Below are positions 11,253 through 24,500 of a stretch of 64,000 nucleotides of DNA, one piece after another. The notes beneath the pieces were generated by a model, which was not told where the DNA came from, ran no database searches, and saw nothing but the letters and a program-made list of their open reading frames with translations. Source of the DNA: Oikopleura dioica (taxonomy: Eukaryota > Animalia > Chordata); the NCBI GenBank assembly GCA_907165135.1, contig OU015568.1, forward strand, positions 62,001-126,000. The letters are read 5' to 3'. The stretch's first letter is position 1, and each line of letters opens with the position of its first letter. The translations under genes and the position numbers were made by a program.

Positions 11253-13884
11253 GAACTCTCGTCAACCCAAGAGTTTAAATAATTATTACAGAAAAGTTTA
11301 AAGTCAAAACTACTTCGGCTTACCTTGCAGTGCTTATTGACGCGGTTTGCTTTCCCGCTACTTTGCGTCAAGCCCTATGGTTGACAGGGAACCGCAAGAT
11401 GCCAAGTAGCTGCAGCTTGTAGCTTGCCATCCGGCTCGCCCATGGTTGCCATTTGAAGTAGAATTGAAAAGTTGGCAAGGTGGTAGAACTCGCGTCCACG
11501 CCGAGAGCAGCAGTCGATGTCTTTCCAAATAAACGGACAAAATAGTTTCAAAACTAGAAATTGTAGAACAAAAGAGACGATAAGAGCTTAGAAAGAGACG
11601 ATAAACAGACAATTTTTAACAAGAATTCAACTATTTAATTAAAATAAACCCTCGAGCACTCGGGCTTAATTAAAATCAGAGTTTTACATAAATTTAAACC
11701 TCGAACACTAGGGTTTCCATGCAAATCGGTCTTTCATTTTGAAGCATTAATGATCAATCATGCTTATTTGTAACATGCGAATTTGGAGAATTTCTGTTTT
11801 AATAAATTCGGGAATCAAGCGGTAATTTTGATAATTGCTTCAAGTGAGTTTTAAATGATAATTGTACAGTATTGATATATGCACGCGCGTACTGTTAAGC
11901 CGAGACTTTAACCCTAACCAGAAAGAATTGAAGAGCTCGGCCGCTCGCTGGCTTTAGAGGTCTACCGAGGTTCTAACTCCGATGCATACATAAAGCCGCG
12001 AGAAGACCTTTTACCATTGGTGAGATGAGATTTTCGGACCGTGAAAAACATTTTTGAACAGAGAAGAGACTCTTATTGAACCGCAAAGAGACTTTTTTGG
12101 GCGTGTCTTTTCGACGTCATCTTTTCAAAGTTTAAGTGTGAATTTGTGGAGTATTTTGAAGCTTTGTTTGAGTTCAATTTCACCGTGAAAGTTATCAGAA
12201 GATTTTTTTTCTCGGTTTTTTCTGTAGTATTGCATCAATAACATAAACTATTAAAAGGGAGTGACACTGAATTTTTTGATCGTCGGTCGATTCTGAAGGG
12301 TCCAATCTATTAGTAAAAAAAATCTGATTGTCGAAAAAAATTAAAGGTTCCTAGATTTTTTGGTCAAGAGACGGCCTCACTTCAACCCTAATTTTTCAAA
12401 AAATATTTTTTCTTCTTGTCGCCGATCGAAACTTATAACCATTTTCTTCACAATCCAAGGTTCTGTTTGATTCAAATCAGGTTTTCTCGCTTTTTTGGAC
12501 AAAAGAAGTTGCAATATTAACGACACGCCTCTTAAGAAAACTTTTAAATTTGGGCAATTTTTCACCTGAGTTTACCAGGTCACTAGCTTATTTTCTTTCG
12601 AAAAAAACTTTGCAAACATGAAACTTGGGACTTTCGGGAACTTTTTTGTGCTTATCACCCCATGTTATTTCCATCTGATTCCGAGAACTGGGTTACAGTA
12701 AGCACCCACGGAGATTTTACCGCGCGCTAATGCTTTTGAGCTCCCTGCAGAGCTTTAAAGGGGGAGGTTGTCGGTTTCTTAAGTTCTTTTAACAAACTTA
12801 TCTCAAGATATTTTTTATAATTTCTTTTTTTTTAGGTTCTTGGGGTAGATAAGGGTTGAATTAAAAGGCCAACGTGGAGAAAATTTTGAAAAAAAATTTT
12901 CGAAGTTGAAGAAAAGTTTGGTCAAAATGGACCGTATTCAAAACAAAGATTCCGGCCAGACCCTCCAAAATTTTGAAAATCTAACAGGGTGCAAACACTG
13001 TTTAAACAAATATGAAGAGGCTAATGTTATAAGAAAATAAGGTTGTTATGTCGATTTAGGTTAAAACAATCGATTTTCAGAGTCTTTTTGTGCTTAAAAT
13101 TGTCGTTTTTCACTCGTTTTTCAATATTTTTTTCGAAAAAATATCAATAGTCGTATTATTTTTAATTTATGTTATAAAGATTTGTAAAAATTTACATATA
13201 TTCGCAATAAAAATCTATTTTTGTCCGCTTTTGTGCAAAAACGAGTTCCAGAATTCCGAAAAATCACGATTTCATGACTAAAAAAAATTTTTCCATTCAA
13301 AAAAACTAGGGAGCAAAAATGACCCTTTTTCATCAAGGAATCTACAAATAGTATCAAAATTTTAAAAAGTCGAAAAAAAATTTTCCGACCACCTCCCCCT
13401 TTAACAACGTTTTGATTAAGTTCCTTTTTAAAATATTCCAGTACTTTCAAATCTGAAGGACTTTTAACAGTTATAAGTTGATTATGAGCACTTTAACGTG
13501 ATTAAAAGATTATATCCAGATCAATTTCATAATTACTAAATGACTCTATATTGAGGCTGAGCTCACAAAAAATTACTGTGAGCAAGCGCGAGTGAGAACA
13601 AGCAGGGACCTTGAAATTTATGGTGAGTGAGTGAGCGCAGAGGTTCTCGAAATCAATGTGAGTGGGTGAGCATGAGCGCTCGCTCACTCGCTCGCGATAA
13701 CCATTTTTGCAAACAGTTTGAGTAAGGCTGAGCCGGAGAACACTAATCATGCTCAAGCTGTCTTGCACAATGAAAAATAAAATTAATCAAAAAGGTCTTT
13801 TTGGTCATCTGATTAAATTATCAGCAAATCTGTAATGATCGAAGTCATTTTATGTAAGCACTGCTGAGCGCGCGATTGCTCAAT

Positions 13885-13965
13885 CCGCCAACTGAACCAC
13901 CAACTGAGCCACCAACTGAGCCGCCAACTGAGCCACCAACGGAGCCGCCAACTGAGCCAGTCTGA
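13885..13965 (+). repeat. 12-bp tandem repeat (x6) translating as (PPTE)6-PV-stop; probable orphan mucin-like terminal exon
   Basis: CCR CCA ACT GAR units; every unit-to-unit difference is at a third codon position. Confidence 0.55.
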
Positions 13966-14204
13966 TCCTTTAACTTCGTCAAAAATTCGTCAAAAGAAAG
14001 AAAACGCCAGTCTGGACCATCGATTCACCGAACCAGGAGAAAAACTCGACGAAGTGACGGTGAAAATGAACGAATATTCGGCTGAAAAAGAGGCTGGAGA
14101 AAATCAACCAAACGAATAAGGAAATGAATCGCGAAGCGGCTGAAACTGGGGCAGACCTTGAAAAGACCTTGAAACGCTCTGAAGGCGCTAAAATTAGAAC
14201 TTAA

Positions 14205-15034
14205 GACAAAAAATGACTTGGTCAAGAAAAATGGGCAGTATTAATAGCAATCAATTCAAGAAGCTTTTTCTGAAGTATGTGAAATATTTTTAACAGCCTT
14301 GGAGCGGGTATTCTTTTTCGATAAAGCAGGCTCTATTTTTATTATCGATTTATTTATTCAAAGAACAAGAATTAGTGGAAAATTTTAAAATGACAGACAG
14401 ATCCTTCCGTTCAGACTCTTTTTTTTAATATGAAATACTGCGAATAGTGGCATCTTCTTCTAAAGCCGCGGTGCGCCATCTATTTGATCGAATTTCAAAG
14501 CGATAGAAAAGCTCGATCACAAAAATGAAAGACAAAATCGAAGATGATGGTTGGTATTTTGCATTGTTAAACTAATTGCTTCTTATTCATTCGTTTCTGC
14601 AAGACTGATCAAACAAGCAACTGAACTTAACTATCTGTTCAATAATAAATTCGGACCCCTTGTCCCTGTGGATCGCCCGAGCGGATATGAGTTTAATTAT
14701 TCAAAACTTATCCTTAATCAAGAGGCAGCTAGAAAATCTTTCCGTCTTTGCGAGTTTGTTCGGGTCGAAAACAATCGGCCTTCTTTAAGAAATTTGATAA
14801 TTAATTTCAGATAGAGAAAGCGACAGAATCTGTTGATTATTTGTTATATACTCAGGATTATTCAGTTTCAAGTAGATAGAATTTGTTGCCTTGATGAAGT
14901 TTGAAAAACTCTATGAAAAAGAATCCAGAAAAAGGTACAAAATATTAAATTTCGATTTCACAGAGAAATTTTTCGAAAATCTAAGCCTTAGCTTTTTTCA
15001 GGTTGATGAATCACGATTTTTTAAATTAAAGCAT
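14205..15034 (+). pseudogene. Decayed coding segment, copy 2 of the 398-1217 duplication
   Basis: Same sequence family as 398-1217. The ORF 14551-14814 carries the best-preserved frame. Confidence 0.55.
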
Positions 15035-15097
15035 GTTGTCACTGAAAGTTAACTGAATAAAATGAAAAAGTTAGAAAAATTTTCAACTTTGAAAAAA

Positions 15098-15281
15098 GGG
15101 TTGTAGGGCGGCTCGGTTCTGCAGCAGAACCTTGTTCTGCAAATTGCAGAACCTGATTCTGTAAATGCAGAACCTGGTTCTGCAGTCACAGTTTTTGTGC
15201 GCTCCGCGACTGTCTTGAAGAAACTTCAAGATTATTACAAGTCAGAACCTGGTTCTGGCAGAACCTGGCCGCCCGCAACCC
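15098..15281. mobile_element. Small MITE with internal GCAGAACC(T)GGTTCTGC repeats
   Basis: Terminal inverted repeats GGGTTGTAGGGCGGCTCGGTTCTGC / GCAGAACCTGGCCGCCCGCAACCC. Confidence 0.6.
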
Positions 15282-15566
15282 GAAAAAAAGGAGCAAAATC
15301 GGGACCTCCTGAAAGAAACTCCCTTTTTCGGGAGCAAGAAGCGAGAAGGAGCACGGTTTTTAACGAGGGAGCTCCTTTTTTTCAAGCTTAAGGGAGCAGG
15401 GAGGGAGCGGGAGCGGATTTTTTACCAGATTTCGATTTCTGTTTACGAAAACTCATTCAAGAAATTAAATTCCTATAATATTGTTATTATCGGCGAAATC
15501 TTCTCAGAAGAGACGTTTTTCTTTTTTTAATAAAAGTCAATTGTTTCTGTTTTATCTCTTTCTTAA

Positions 15567-16066
15567 CCTTAGCCCGCCACGGTACACCACAACTCGGGAA
15601 TCGGTCAAGTATTTGTTCACTGCGCTGGACGTTGAATTTTTTTTTTTGAAAACTAAGGATACCCTGAGGAGGCTTGATCGATCATCTATCGTTTTAGGGA
15701 TTTAAGGCCTGTTTCTGATAGACCTTAGCGTCGGTAGACCCTTATTTTTGCGAAAAGCCCATGCATCATATATGGTGTCGAGCTACAATTGTTGATGCAC
15801 CATATTATATGGTCCATATAGGGTAATTTTGGCGGGTACCCAAGCTTTTTCCCAGCGATTTTGCCGAAAGTTTACCCTGGTCAGCTTCTTTGATCCTCAA
15901 TATATGAGCTTCTCTGAGAGAATTTTCGATTGAATGAACTTTGGTATCATCATTGGAACACCATTATTGAACAAAAAAATTATTTTCCAGCAAAGATTTC
16001 TAATAAAATCATGATAAACCAAACATTGGCGGGTACCCCAGAAAATCCACTTTTGGCGGGCGAAGG
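15567..16066. mobile_element. 500-bp piggyBac-like MITE
   Basis: TTAA|CCTTAGCCCGCC ... GGCGGGCGAAGG|TTAA, with subterminal GGCGGGTACCC repeats. Confidence 0.7.
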
Positions 16067-17892
16067 TTAATAAACTTCAGATGCCTTAATGAAATTAAAG
16101 TTAAATAATTAAGAAGAAAATGGAATTTCGGTAGCCATCTTCCTCTCTTATTGGTAGCTGGTGTCAGCTAGTGGAGATAAATTGCATTATAATTTATAAT
16201 TTATAAATATTCAAATAAAATAATATGTTTCTTGTGCATCGTTAACTTTAAAAACAGAAGTGACGTTTAAAATTATCGAAATGAGAAAATTATCTTTAGA
16301 ATAAATCAAATCAATTTTGACCAAAACTTGCTTTTTCCAATGCATTTAATGATTTCCTGACTTTATTAAAACAATAATTATTTATCGAGAATCATTTTCT
16401 TTTATTCTAAAAATTCGAAGCAAGATTGGAAGCAAAATTGGAGCCTACCACTTCCAGAAAACTTTTGCTCTTGCTTCTTTCTTCTCGAAAGGGAGCTCCC
16501 TACTTAATGTCATTTTTAGTAGGAACAAGATCATATCTCTTGCAAAATTTCTTTTTCCAGTGATCTTAATTGGTGCGAGCTTGACAGGAATCGTTTATAT
16601 TTTTTGATCTATGAAAAAAATCACGTCTTCGACTATTTTGTCAAATTATCTTCAGAATCTTATGCTAAAATTCAAATAATTTTTTTCACCACAGAAAAGA
16701 TGAGCATTTCAAAGAAACAATTTTAAGGATTGTTTAAAAAAAATATCTATTTATCTTTGTTAAGCTAAAGAAAGCTACTCGATGACAAAATTTTGCTTTT
16801 ATGAAATTTTTACTTATTATTAAAAAGACATATATTTATTTTGACGTTTTTATTTAATTTCTTTCTTAAGAAAAATTATTTAAAATTAAAAAAAAAATTG
16901 GCTCTAGAATTTTTTTTGCTAAAATAAAAAATATCAATAATGAACCTTAAATTTTTGATAAGCTTTCATTTGAGCTATTTCAAGCCCAAAATAATCAACT
17001 GAAAGGCACCTAAAAAGTGACTCAAAGTTTGCCCAAAATGGCCAATTTTGCGGTCTTCTTAGGCCCCCAGTGACGTCATCGTCTGGTATTTTTTGGTCAA
17101 ATTTTGACAGATCGTATCAGAATTTTCCGGGCTTTCTTTTGAGCCGAAAAAATGAATGGGTGAATTTTTTGCTGCAAAAAGTTTTTTTAATTTCATCTAA
17201 AATAAATTTTTGGTTCTTATTTAGGCAAAAAAAATATAGTTAGCGCCGCTTCTGAAGAAAAAAATCCGCCCGCAGAAAATTCTTTTCGGTCTCACTTTAA
17301 GTATGAACAGAAGAACATAAATGAGTGATCATACAAAATTAAACAAACTCTAAAATGAACGTTATCAAGCATTTATCTACTACGCTGACTTCTTTCAATT
17401 TCAATGCAGCTCGAACGATATTGTCGAAAGCGTCGAAGATTACTTAGATGAACCCAAAGAAACAAAAGTAAAAAGTGGCAACTCAAATCAAGAAGTTATT
17501 GATGCAAAAGAGGAGTCGTACGGAGCAGAAAACGTCTACAAAATGCTAGGTGAAAACATTTAGAATTTTGGTTCTGAAATCGTAAAGATGATTTTCAAAT
17601 GACGTTACGAAACTTGAGTAGCAAAAACTTTTCGATTGTTAAAAAATATTTGAAAAATCGTCTTTTAAATTTTGACAATTATTTCGAAAAAACTTAAAAT
17701 TTCTTCAAAATTGGGAAACAGTAAGAATTTAGGGTGTCAATATCGATTTTCGCATTTTTTTCTGCGAAAGTAAAGGTACCTTCCGCTCAAAAATAAAATC
17801 TGATTTTTCGCCAAGTTTAAGATTAAACCTTTTATTTTGCATAAATTTGGCGAAATAGTAAATTTATAATTCGTAAATCCCCACCGCCGCTT

Positions 17893-18300
17893 CAAAGCTG
17901 ACGGCTCCGCTCCGCTTCGCTTAGCTACGGGGGAACATGATTTGGTCAGCTCCGCTACGCTCAGCTACGGGGAAAAAGAATTTCGTCAGCTCCGCTACGC
18001 TTAGCTTACCAAGCTTCTGATCATTTTTGTGTAAAATAAAGCCGTTTTTTGTGTAAAATTAGTCCTCAGTCAGTATAAATTCGTTCCTAGCCTTTCTCAG
18101 CTACTTCAGCTTAGCTTAGCTATCTTAGCTAAAATTCTACCCAGCTCCGCTCCGCTCTGCTACGGGAAAAATTTTTGGTCAGCTCCGCTACGCTCCGCTA
18201 CGGAGATTCAAAAAATTGGTCAGCTCCGCTACGGTACGGGGAAAAATTTTTTGGTCCGCTCCGCTTAATTTCAAGGTAAGCTCCGCTTTCTCCGCTATGA
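17893..18300. repeat. Degenerate tandem repeat of CAGCTCCGCTACG/AGCTACGGGGA motifs (MITE-internal satellite)
   Basis: More than 8 copies of GGTCAGCTCCGCTACG-like units in two clusters. Confidence 0.65.
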
Positions 18301-18528
18301 TAAAATTTTGTCAAATTTACAACTCTGGTAGAAACAGCCTTTTTCGAAAATAGGCAATTTTTTCGGGGAGGTGTCTGGAACCGACAAAAAAATCCCGACA
18401 AAAATTTTAAATTTTTTCATGTACATTTCAATCGCACACCATTACCTGCTGCGCTAACGAGCATTTCTCAAAACTGCCTAGAAATGTCCATTGTGGCCTA
18501 AGAAGGCCATTTCTGCATAGTTTTAAGG

Positions 18529-19273
18529 GTAATGGTATACATCGGCGCGGCGCTGCTCTCTCGATCCGCGCTCCGCCAGAACCTATTTCTCACGAGGCCG
18601 TAAAATCTGAACGGATAAAGATTTTTTCAAAATTCAAAAAGATTCTGAATAATTAAAGTCTTTTCTACTAACACAGCAAAATTGGTAATGATTGTCAAAG
18701 AGGAACTATCTGAAAATTGCCAGTTTCCTTCAAATGACATTTTCTTCAACATTTCTCATGCAAAATTTTTGAAAATTACACTGTCTTGTAGAGAATCGTC
18801 AGTTCTACAAATCCTGTTTTTCAGATTTTTGTTTGAGGCTTTCATTAATTTTACATCGCAATTTGTAAAGAGCGCTACTTTTTCTCGCGCCTCTCCGCTC
18901 TCTATTTCTCACGCCACGACCTCACATCGCTTACTTCAAGGTCGCATATTAAAATCCGAAGATCTTAAAACAAAAATCTGAAAAACAGGATTTGTAGAAC
19001 TGACGATTCTCTACAAGACAGTCTAATTTTCAAAAATTTTGGATGAGAAATGTCGAAGAAAATGTCATTTGAAGGAAACTGGCAATTTTCAGATAGTTCC
19101 TCTTTGACAATCATTACGATTTTTGCTGTGTTTATAGATGTGACTTTGGTTATTCAGAATCTTTTTGAATTTTGAAAAAATCTTTATCCGTTCAGATTTT
19201 ACGGCTCCGTGAGAAATAGGTTCTGGCGGAGCGCGGATCGAGACAGCAGCGCCGCGCCGATGTATACCATTAC
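18529..19273. mobile_element. Foldback element with ~300-bp inverted arms and ~140-bp spacer
   Basis: 18529-~18830 is the reverse complement of ~18971-19273 with few mismatches. Confidence 0.8.
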
Positions 19274-19439
19274 AATTAATTAATTAAAATCTTCTCAAAA
19301 AATTTTAAGAGTATTTTTTCTGAAGTGTCTTTTTTTTGAAAATTTTTGTCAGAATTTTTTTGTCGATTCCAGACGCCACCCCTTTTTTACTGGCGCTACT
19401 TACAAAAAAATTCTTAGATTTTCAATTTTTCTCTTCATA

Positions 19440-21462
19440 CAGTGGTTACCCATCTTAAGAGGCCCTAACTTAAGAGGACTTTTGCGTCAATTTGGCTAAT
19501 TTTGTCATCCTAAAAAGTTCCAACTTAAGAGGACTTTCTTGATGATTTTTATTAAATTTCGGAAAATATCTTGGCAAACAGTGAGTCATTAAGCATTTTT
19601 TTTTTTACAGTAAAGAAACTCGAAATCTTTGACTGCTTTTCTGGCCATTTTGAAGACGATGGCTTTGCAATGTCGGCTTCATCTGAACCTGGAATTTGAG
19701 GTTCTTCCTCAATATCCATCGGGGTCGCAGCTTGTGTATCATCGATCTGAAGCGCCAGGAAATGCTCGATCAATTCTTCTTCGTCTTCTTTCTCCAAGAT
19801 ACTTTCGAAAACGTCCAAGCCCTCGACGTCTTCAACATTCTCCTCGTATTCTTTTTCTTTAATCAGTCCAGTATTGATCCAACTTCGCTTGAAGATTGCT
19901 GGATTCATGTTAGTGAAGATTTCGTTGGCTTTTCTCACGAGCTCTTCCTCTGTGATATTAAGATGATCGTGATCGACGATAAAATCATCGAGGTAGTAGC
20001 GGATCTTCTTCTTAAAATTACAGAAAACAAGATTGTCACAAGGCTGGTAAACGCCTTCTAAAGTTTGAAAACAGATTTTAAGAATTTTTTTCTGAGCAAA
20101 GACTCAAATAATACTGGTCAAACTTTTCCTGTGGTCCATGGTCGAAAGAAACACAAGTCCAGATTTTTAAATTTTGGAAGAAGCTTGTGAGCCGGACAGT
20201 TATCGATATACATCAAATAACGCTGCGATGGATTTTTTTCTTTCAAAAAGGCCGAAAGACGAGTCAGCTCCAGAATAAATATCGCTCTTGTACACCAGGC
20301 GGAGGAATTCCAGTATAGTCGAAAATCTTAAAATTAATAAGCTTCGAAATTCTATTTCATGAAATTTGAGATCTTTAGAGGAGGAGGGCTTGGAGTTGTC
20401 AAAGTTTGGGTTGGCCACTCGTTCTATCTGCTTTCTTGGTGCGCCTTTCCATTTACTTCCTTGATTTCTTGTTATGATTGCGGGGCGGTAATCTTTTAGC
20501 GGCCCAAACGCAGAGATTGTCGGGATATATGTAAACCGCTCTTTTTGATGAGCAATTTTCGAGAGTTGATCATCTGATCCAAGCAGGATACGATTACGCG
20601 TGTCAATCTCTCGGCTGACGCCTGTCTCGTCACAGTTCAGAATAGCACTATAATTTAATGATTTCAAAAATATTAAATCCTCACCTCAATGGATAATTCG
20701 AACGACAGGATCGTAAACGCTGAATTTCGAAATTTTTCTCTTCTTCACTGAGAAATATAACATCAGTTTTCTTGGAGGTTTTTCTTCCATAGTCACGTAT
20801 TATTCTTGTGACAAAGCGTTTGGAAATACATAGATCCTGTATCTCTTTGTCATCGGGGAAGTTTTCATCGATCATTTTTCGTAACCATCTCGCGACTCCA
20901 CGAAGTCTCATTTTATATTGGCGTTTCGGGTATAGTTGCTTGATTTTTTCTTCGAGCTTTTGCATTGAAGCAGATTTTTTCTGCGTGAGTTGGTATTTGT
21001 GCTTCGTTTTCGATGACAGGATCGTAAACCTTTTGTTATAAAGGTTTGTAAATGTACATTTTGGAATATCTTGTCCATGCTCTTTTCGATAGAGCTCATT
21101 TACAGCCTTTTTGGCATTTCTTTTGTTTGCACCCTTCACCAAAATCTCTGCATACTTTTTTTTCTCGGCCATCGTCATGTAAATTCTCTTTTCGGACATG
21201 TTTCCAGCAAAATATTTTTCGAGGAATGAACAAGTTAAAGTTAAAAACATAAGCGCGCGCCTTGTTCTGGAAACAATAATCATGATCAATTTTTCAATCA
21301 AATGTCCAAATTTTGACTTCAGTAATGCTGCTTAGCTTCGACATTAGTGAGAAAAGACTTTTAAAATATGTATTCCTAAATTGACTCGAAATGTTCCAAC
21401 TTAAGAGGACTTTCTCTTAGCCCTTGTCATCTCAAAAGGCCTCTTAAGATGGATACCAACTG
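19440..21462 (-). mobile_element. pogo-family (DD30D) DNA transposon with intron-containing transposase
   Basis: TA|CAGTGGTTACCCATCTTAAGAGGCC ... GGCCTCTTAAGATGGATACCAACTG|TA (25-bp TIR, 3 mismatches). The transposase from ATG 21199 has an HTH-like N-terminus, NCDETG, YWNSSAWCT, YIDNCPAH, RPWTTGVYQPCD (30 residues between D2 and D3), SWINTGL and a C-terminal QSKISSFF. Confidence 0.88.
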
Positions 21463-21918
21463 TATTTAGATAGAGACATTATACCAATGATCATCTCGCT
21501 TAAAATTTGTTCGAGTCATCAAATTCTTGAGTTATGGGGCTCAGAAACAACTCATCTCTCCGAAATTCACGATTATCGCACATTTTCAACTTCGAATAAC
21601 TCGAGTCACGTCAGAGAGAAACAAATTTCATTCACATTCTTGTGAAGCTGAACCCCTTTTTTGGAATATTAACGAGGAAATTCTGTAAACATAAATAAAT
21701 CCGATGTTTTCTGTTATGTACCTACAGTCCGAAATCGAGAAGGCTGTTTCTTGTCCCTTTACTTACAAAACTAAGATGTCAGATTATTGATGTGCCTTTT
21801 ATAAAAAGAAGAAATAAAAAGGGGTAGCTTCTTTTCTTTTGGAATAGTCTATTCCGAATAGATGAATTTTGTAATAGTAAAAGAGACTTATGTTGAAAAT
21901 TAAAATAAAAAAATTAAG

Positions 21919-22546
21919 ACTATCAACCACACGGAATAAGCAATTTACGTCCTTGGTCGAGAAAGCTCCCATCTCTATTGACTCCTCCGCAAAAAATCTT
22001 CAAAGATGAAACCTGTATTTGTGGAAGATACAATTATCTTCAAACTATTAGGAACAAGGAGGAGCATCTTAAAGACTTTGAGAATTGGAAGCGAAATAAT
22101 TTTTACGATATTGTCAAGCCGGAAGCAATACTGACAAAGTCATTTCTGCCCATTGAATTTGTCAGCAGTGGATACAAAGTGGAACCAGAGGAATCAGTAA
22201 CGCTTAAAATGCGAATCGACGCGGATGATCATCTCAATATATTTTGTATCTTTTCAACCCGTTATGGCGATATCGTTCTTTATGGCTCTGACTCGGCTCC
22301 AATTCAATTTCAAACCAAGGAAATGACAGTTTATTCTTTCAACAACGCCAAATTCAAGTACATTCCAAACACATACGACGCTAGAAAACTGGAAGAAATC
22401 GTTAACCTGAAAGTTGACGGACCCGAATTGGAATTTCAGATCTCTTTTCCAGTAACAATCGAGCGCATGAAAATTCCTGTTCTGAATCATCGTACATCTT
22501 TGGACATTGAACACCGGGTAACGATTGTTACAAAAACATTTCTGAG
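21919..22546 (+). pseudogene. B4GALNT-like: Second B4GALNT1/2-like paralog: stem-region exon only, catalytic exons not found
   Basis: LPIEFVSSGYKVEP...QISFPVTIER...HRVTIVTKTFLR matches the first gene (PIEFVSAGYEIAP, ISFPVTIKR, VTILTKTLFR). It ends at a donor AG|GTAAT at 22546/22547. Confidence 0.7.
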
Positions 22547-24084
22547 GTAATAAATGACATTCTCTTGACAACCATTTTCTGGACATTTTTTTTTCGAGGT
22601 TGCTCCTAAAAATTTTTTTTGAGCAAATAATCTTGATATTTAAGCTCGTAAGAGTAATAATTAAGGCTTTTAATTCAAGGGTATCTGACTAGACAGAAGG
22701 AAGCCCGGGCCCATATAAGTTATATGATATAACCAAAAAGATGTACATCAAAAATATCGCATATCAAATTTTTTGCATAATTTCTTCCAAGCTATCTGAA
22801 GAGCCTGCATTAGTCTGATATTAACGACTTTCAAAAGTCAAAAAAATTGCGAAATTTTTCTTTGTAAAATTTTTCATTTAGATATACTTTTTTCAAAGCT
22901 ATGTCACGACTAACCACTTAACTTACTTCCTTTCACATTCAATGTGATACATTGTTTATCAAAATGATTGTCAGACCACCGAAATTTCAAAAATATATTA
23001 CACAAATGCTCTCGATCAGGGTTATATATTTTAGGCGAAATCTAAAAGTCTAATCTGTCCGTGTCCTTATCGAAAAAACGGATTTTTTTCCGGTCGAGTC
23101 TCGGACATGTCCCTTTAAGTCCGTTTTGTCCGTTAAGTGAGGACATATTTTTTAAAGGAAAAATATTTCAAATCGGAAGGGGATCCCTCAAAAATCGAAA
23201 GATGGCGGCTAGCGTCGGACATAAGTTCCCTCTTTCGAGGAAAATAGGCTTGTATATTACTGTAGGGTCACTTAGGACCTAAATACTTGATTCCCGAAGT
23301 TTGGTCGAGATTTGTCAAGAATCACGTGATTTACGACCAAAAATGTTGTTTTTTTTTGAAGAAATTACGAAAAATGAGTCATACCTCTTGATGAGTCAAG
23401 AATCTCTCTTTGGGAACTTTATGTCCGACGCTAATGGCGGCCTACAAATTTTTTTTTGTTAAGGGTGTCAACAAAGAAATTATAATGTTATTCTTAACTT
23501 ATGGGATACCGACAAACTTCCATGTGATTTCACCCATTCTGTTGATTGCTGCAACGGAAACCGCCAAATGCAATCAATAATTAATAAATAACGGCTCTCT
23601 CGCAACGGACTGACACGAAACTCGACTATACTTTTTTCAACTGAAGGTGTTCAATACCGACCAATTTCTCTATTTCTTTCTGCATAAATTCATCAATAAA
23701 ACATGTTTCGATGAAGTAAAATTATCAATAATTTATTGATTTGTTTCTGTGGGGATTTTCCAAGGGTTCAGTCTGGCCGTTAGACTAGTGGGAAAAGGGG
23801 CCAGCTGACGCACAATGAACGTCTCCAAGTTCCCAACCTTAGCGTATATAAACGAGGGTTTGAAGGCGGGATAAAACAGTATTAGAGAAATATGAGTTAT
23901 GGGTTTTTAAGCTGTACTTCACCAATAAAGAGGATCAATACAACTTACCATCCGAGTCACTTATTTTGATCGTTACAATTTCAATCAGAGATACAGTAAT
24001 TCTTTGAAACTTGAAAAAGCACTGGAACAGCCCAATTATCTTTGTGGCTCCCTGGCAAGTTTTTTGTATAAACTTTCACTTTCA

Positions 24085-24500
24085 TTAACTATATTTACAA
24101 CATTCGCTAATTTTCCTGAGCAAAAATAGTATTAATACGAGATGAATGATAAAGCAAGAAGTTAGATTCTCGCCACTATTTAGCGACGAGACAGCGTTTT
24201 CAGTTCTAAATATGGGTTTTATACACACGAAAACTGGATTTGGTTGACAACTATGATGATTTTGGATTTTTACAAATGAATATTGAGAAGTGTCTTGATA
24301 TGATGGATGCTCAGTATCAATTTTATAACGGCGTTTTACACTTGGGCGTTTGCCCTCAACGTTTGTTTCATAAGATTGTATCAAAGATGTATCCTTGACA
24401 GTAAATAAATAAGAACCGGAACATGTTTCGTGTGAACATTGCAAGCTAAAAGTGTCTTTGACAAGTACAGATTCATTGCAAAATTTCGGTTGTGAGACCC
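24085..24500 (-). other. Coding-like fragment with C-x4-C ... H-x-C pattern (FLYWCH/WRKY-type zinc-finger-like)
   Basis: Open frame LQCSHETCSGSYLFTV...VKIQNHHSCQP; no start or complete gene model established. Confidence 0.3.

Noticed and set aside
11325-11545. Exon-like minus-strand frame (WKDIDCCSRRGREFYH...) and a similar exon-like frame at 17410-17550 (+)
   Set aside because: Isolated fragments (the first with an internal stop) with no identifiable family or partner exons; insufficient support for a feature.
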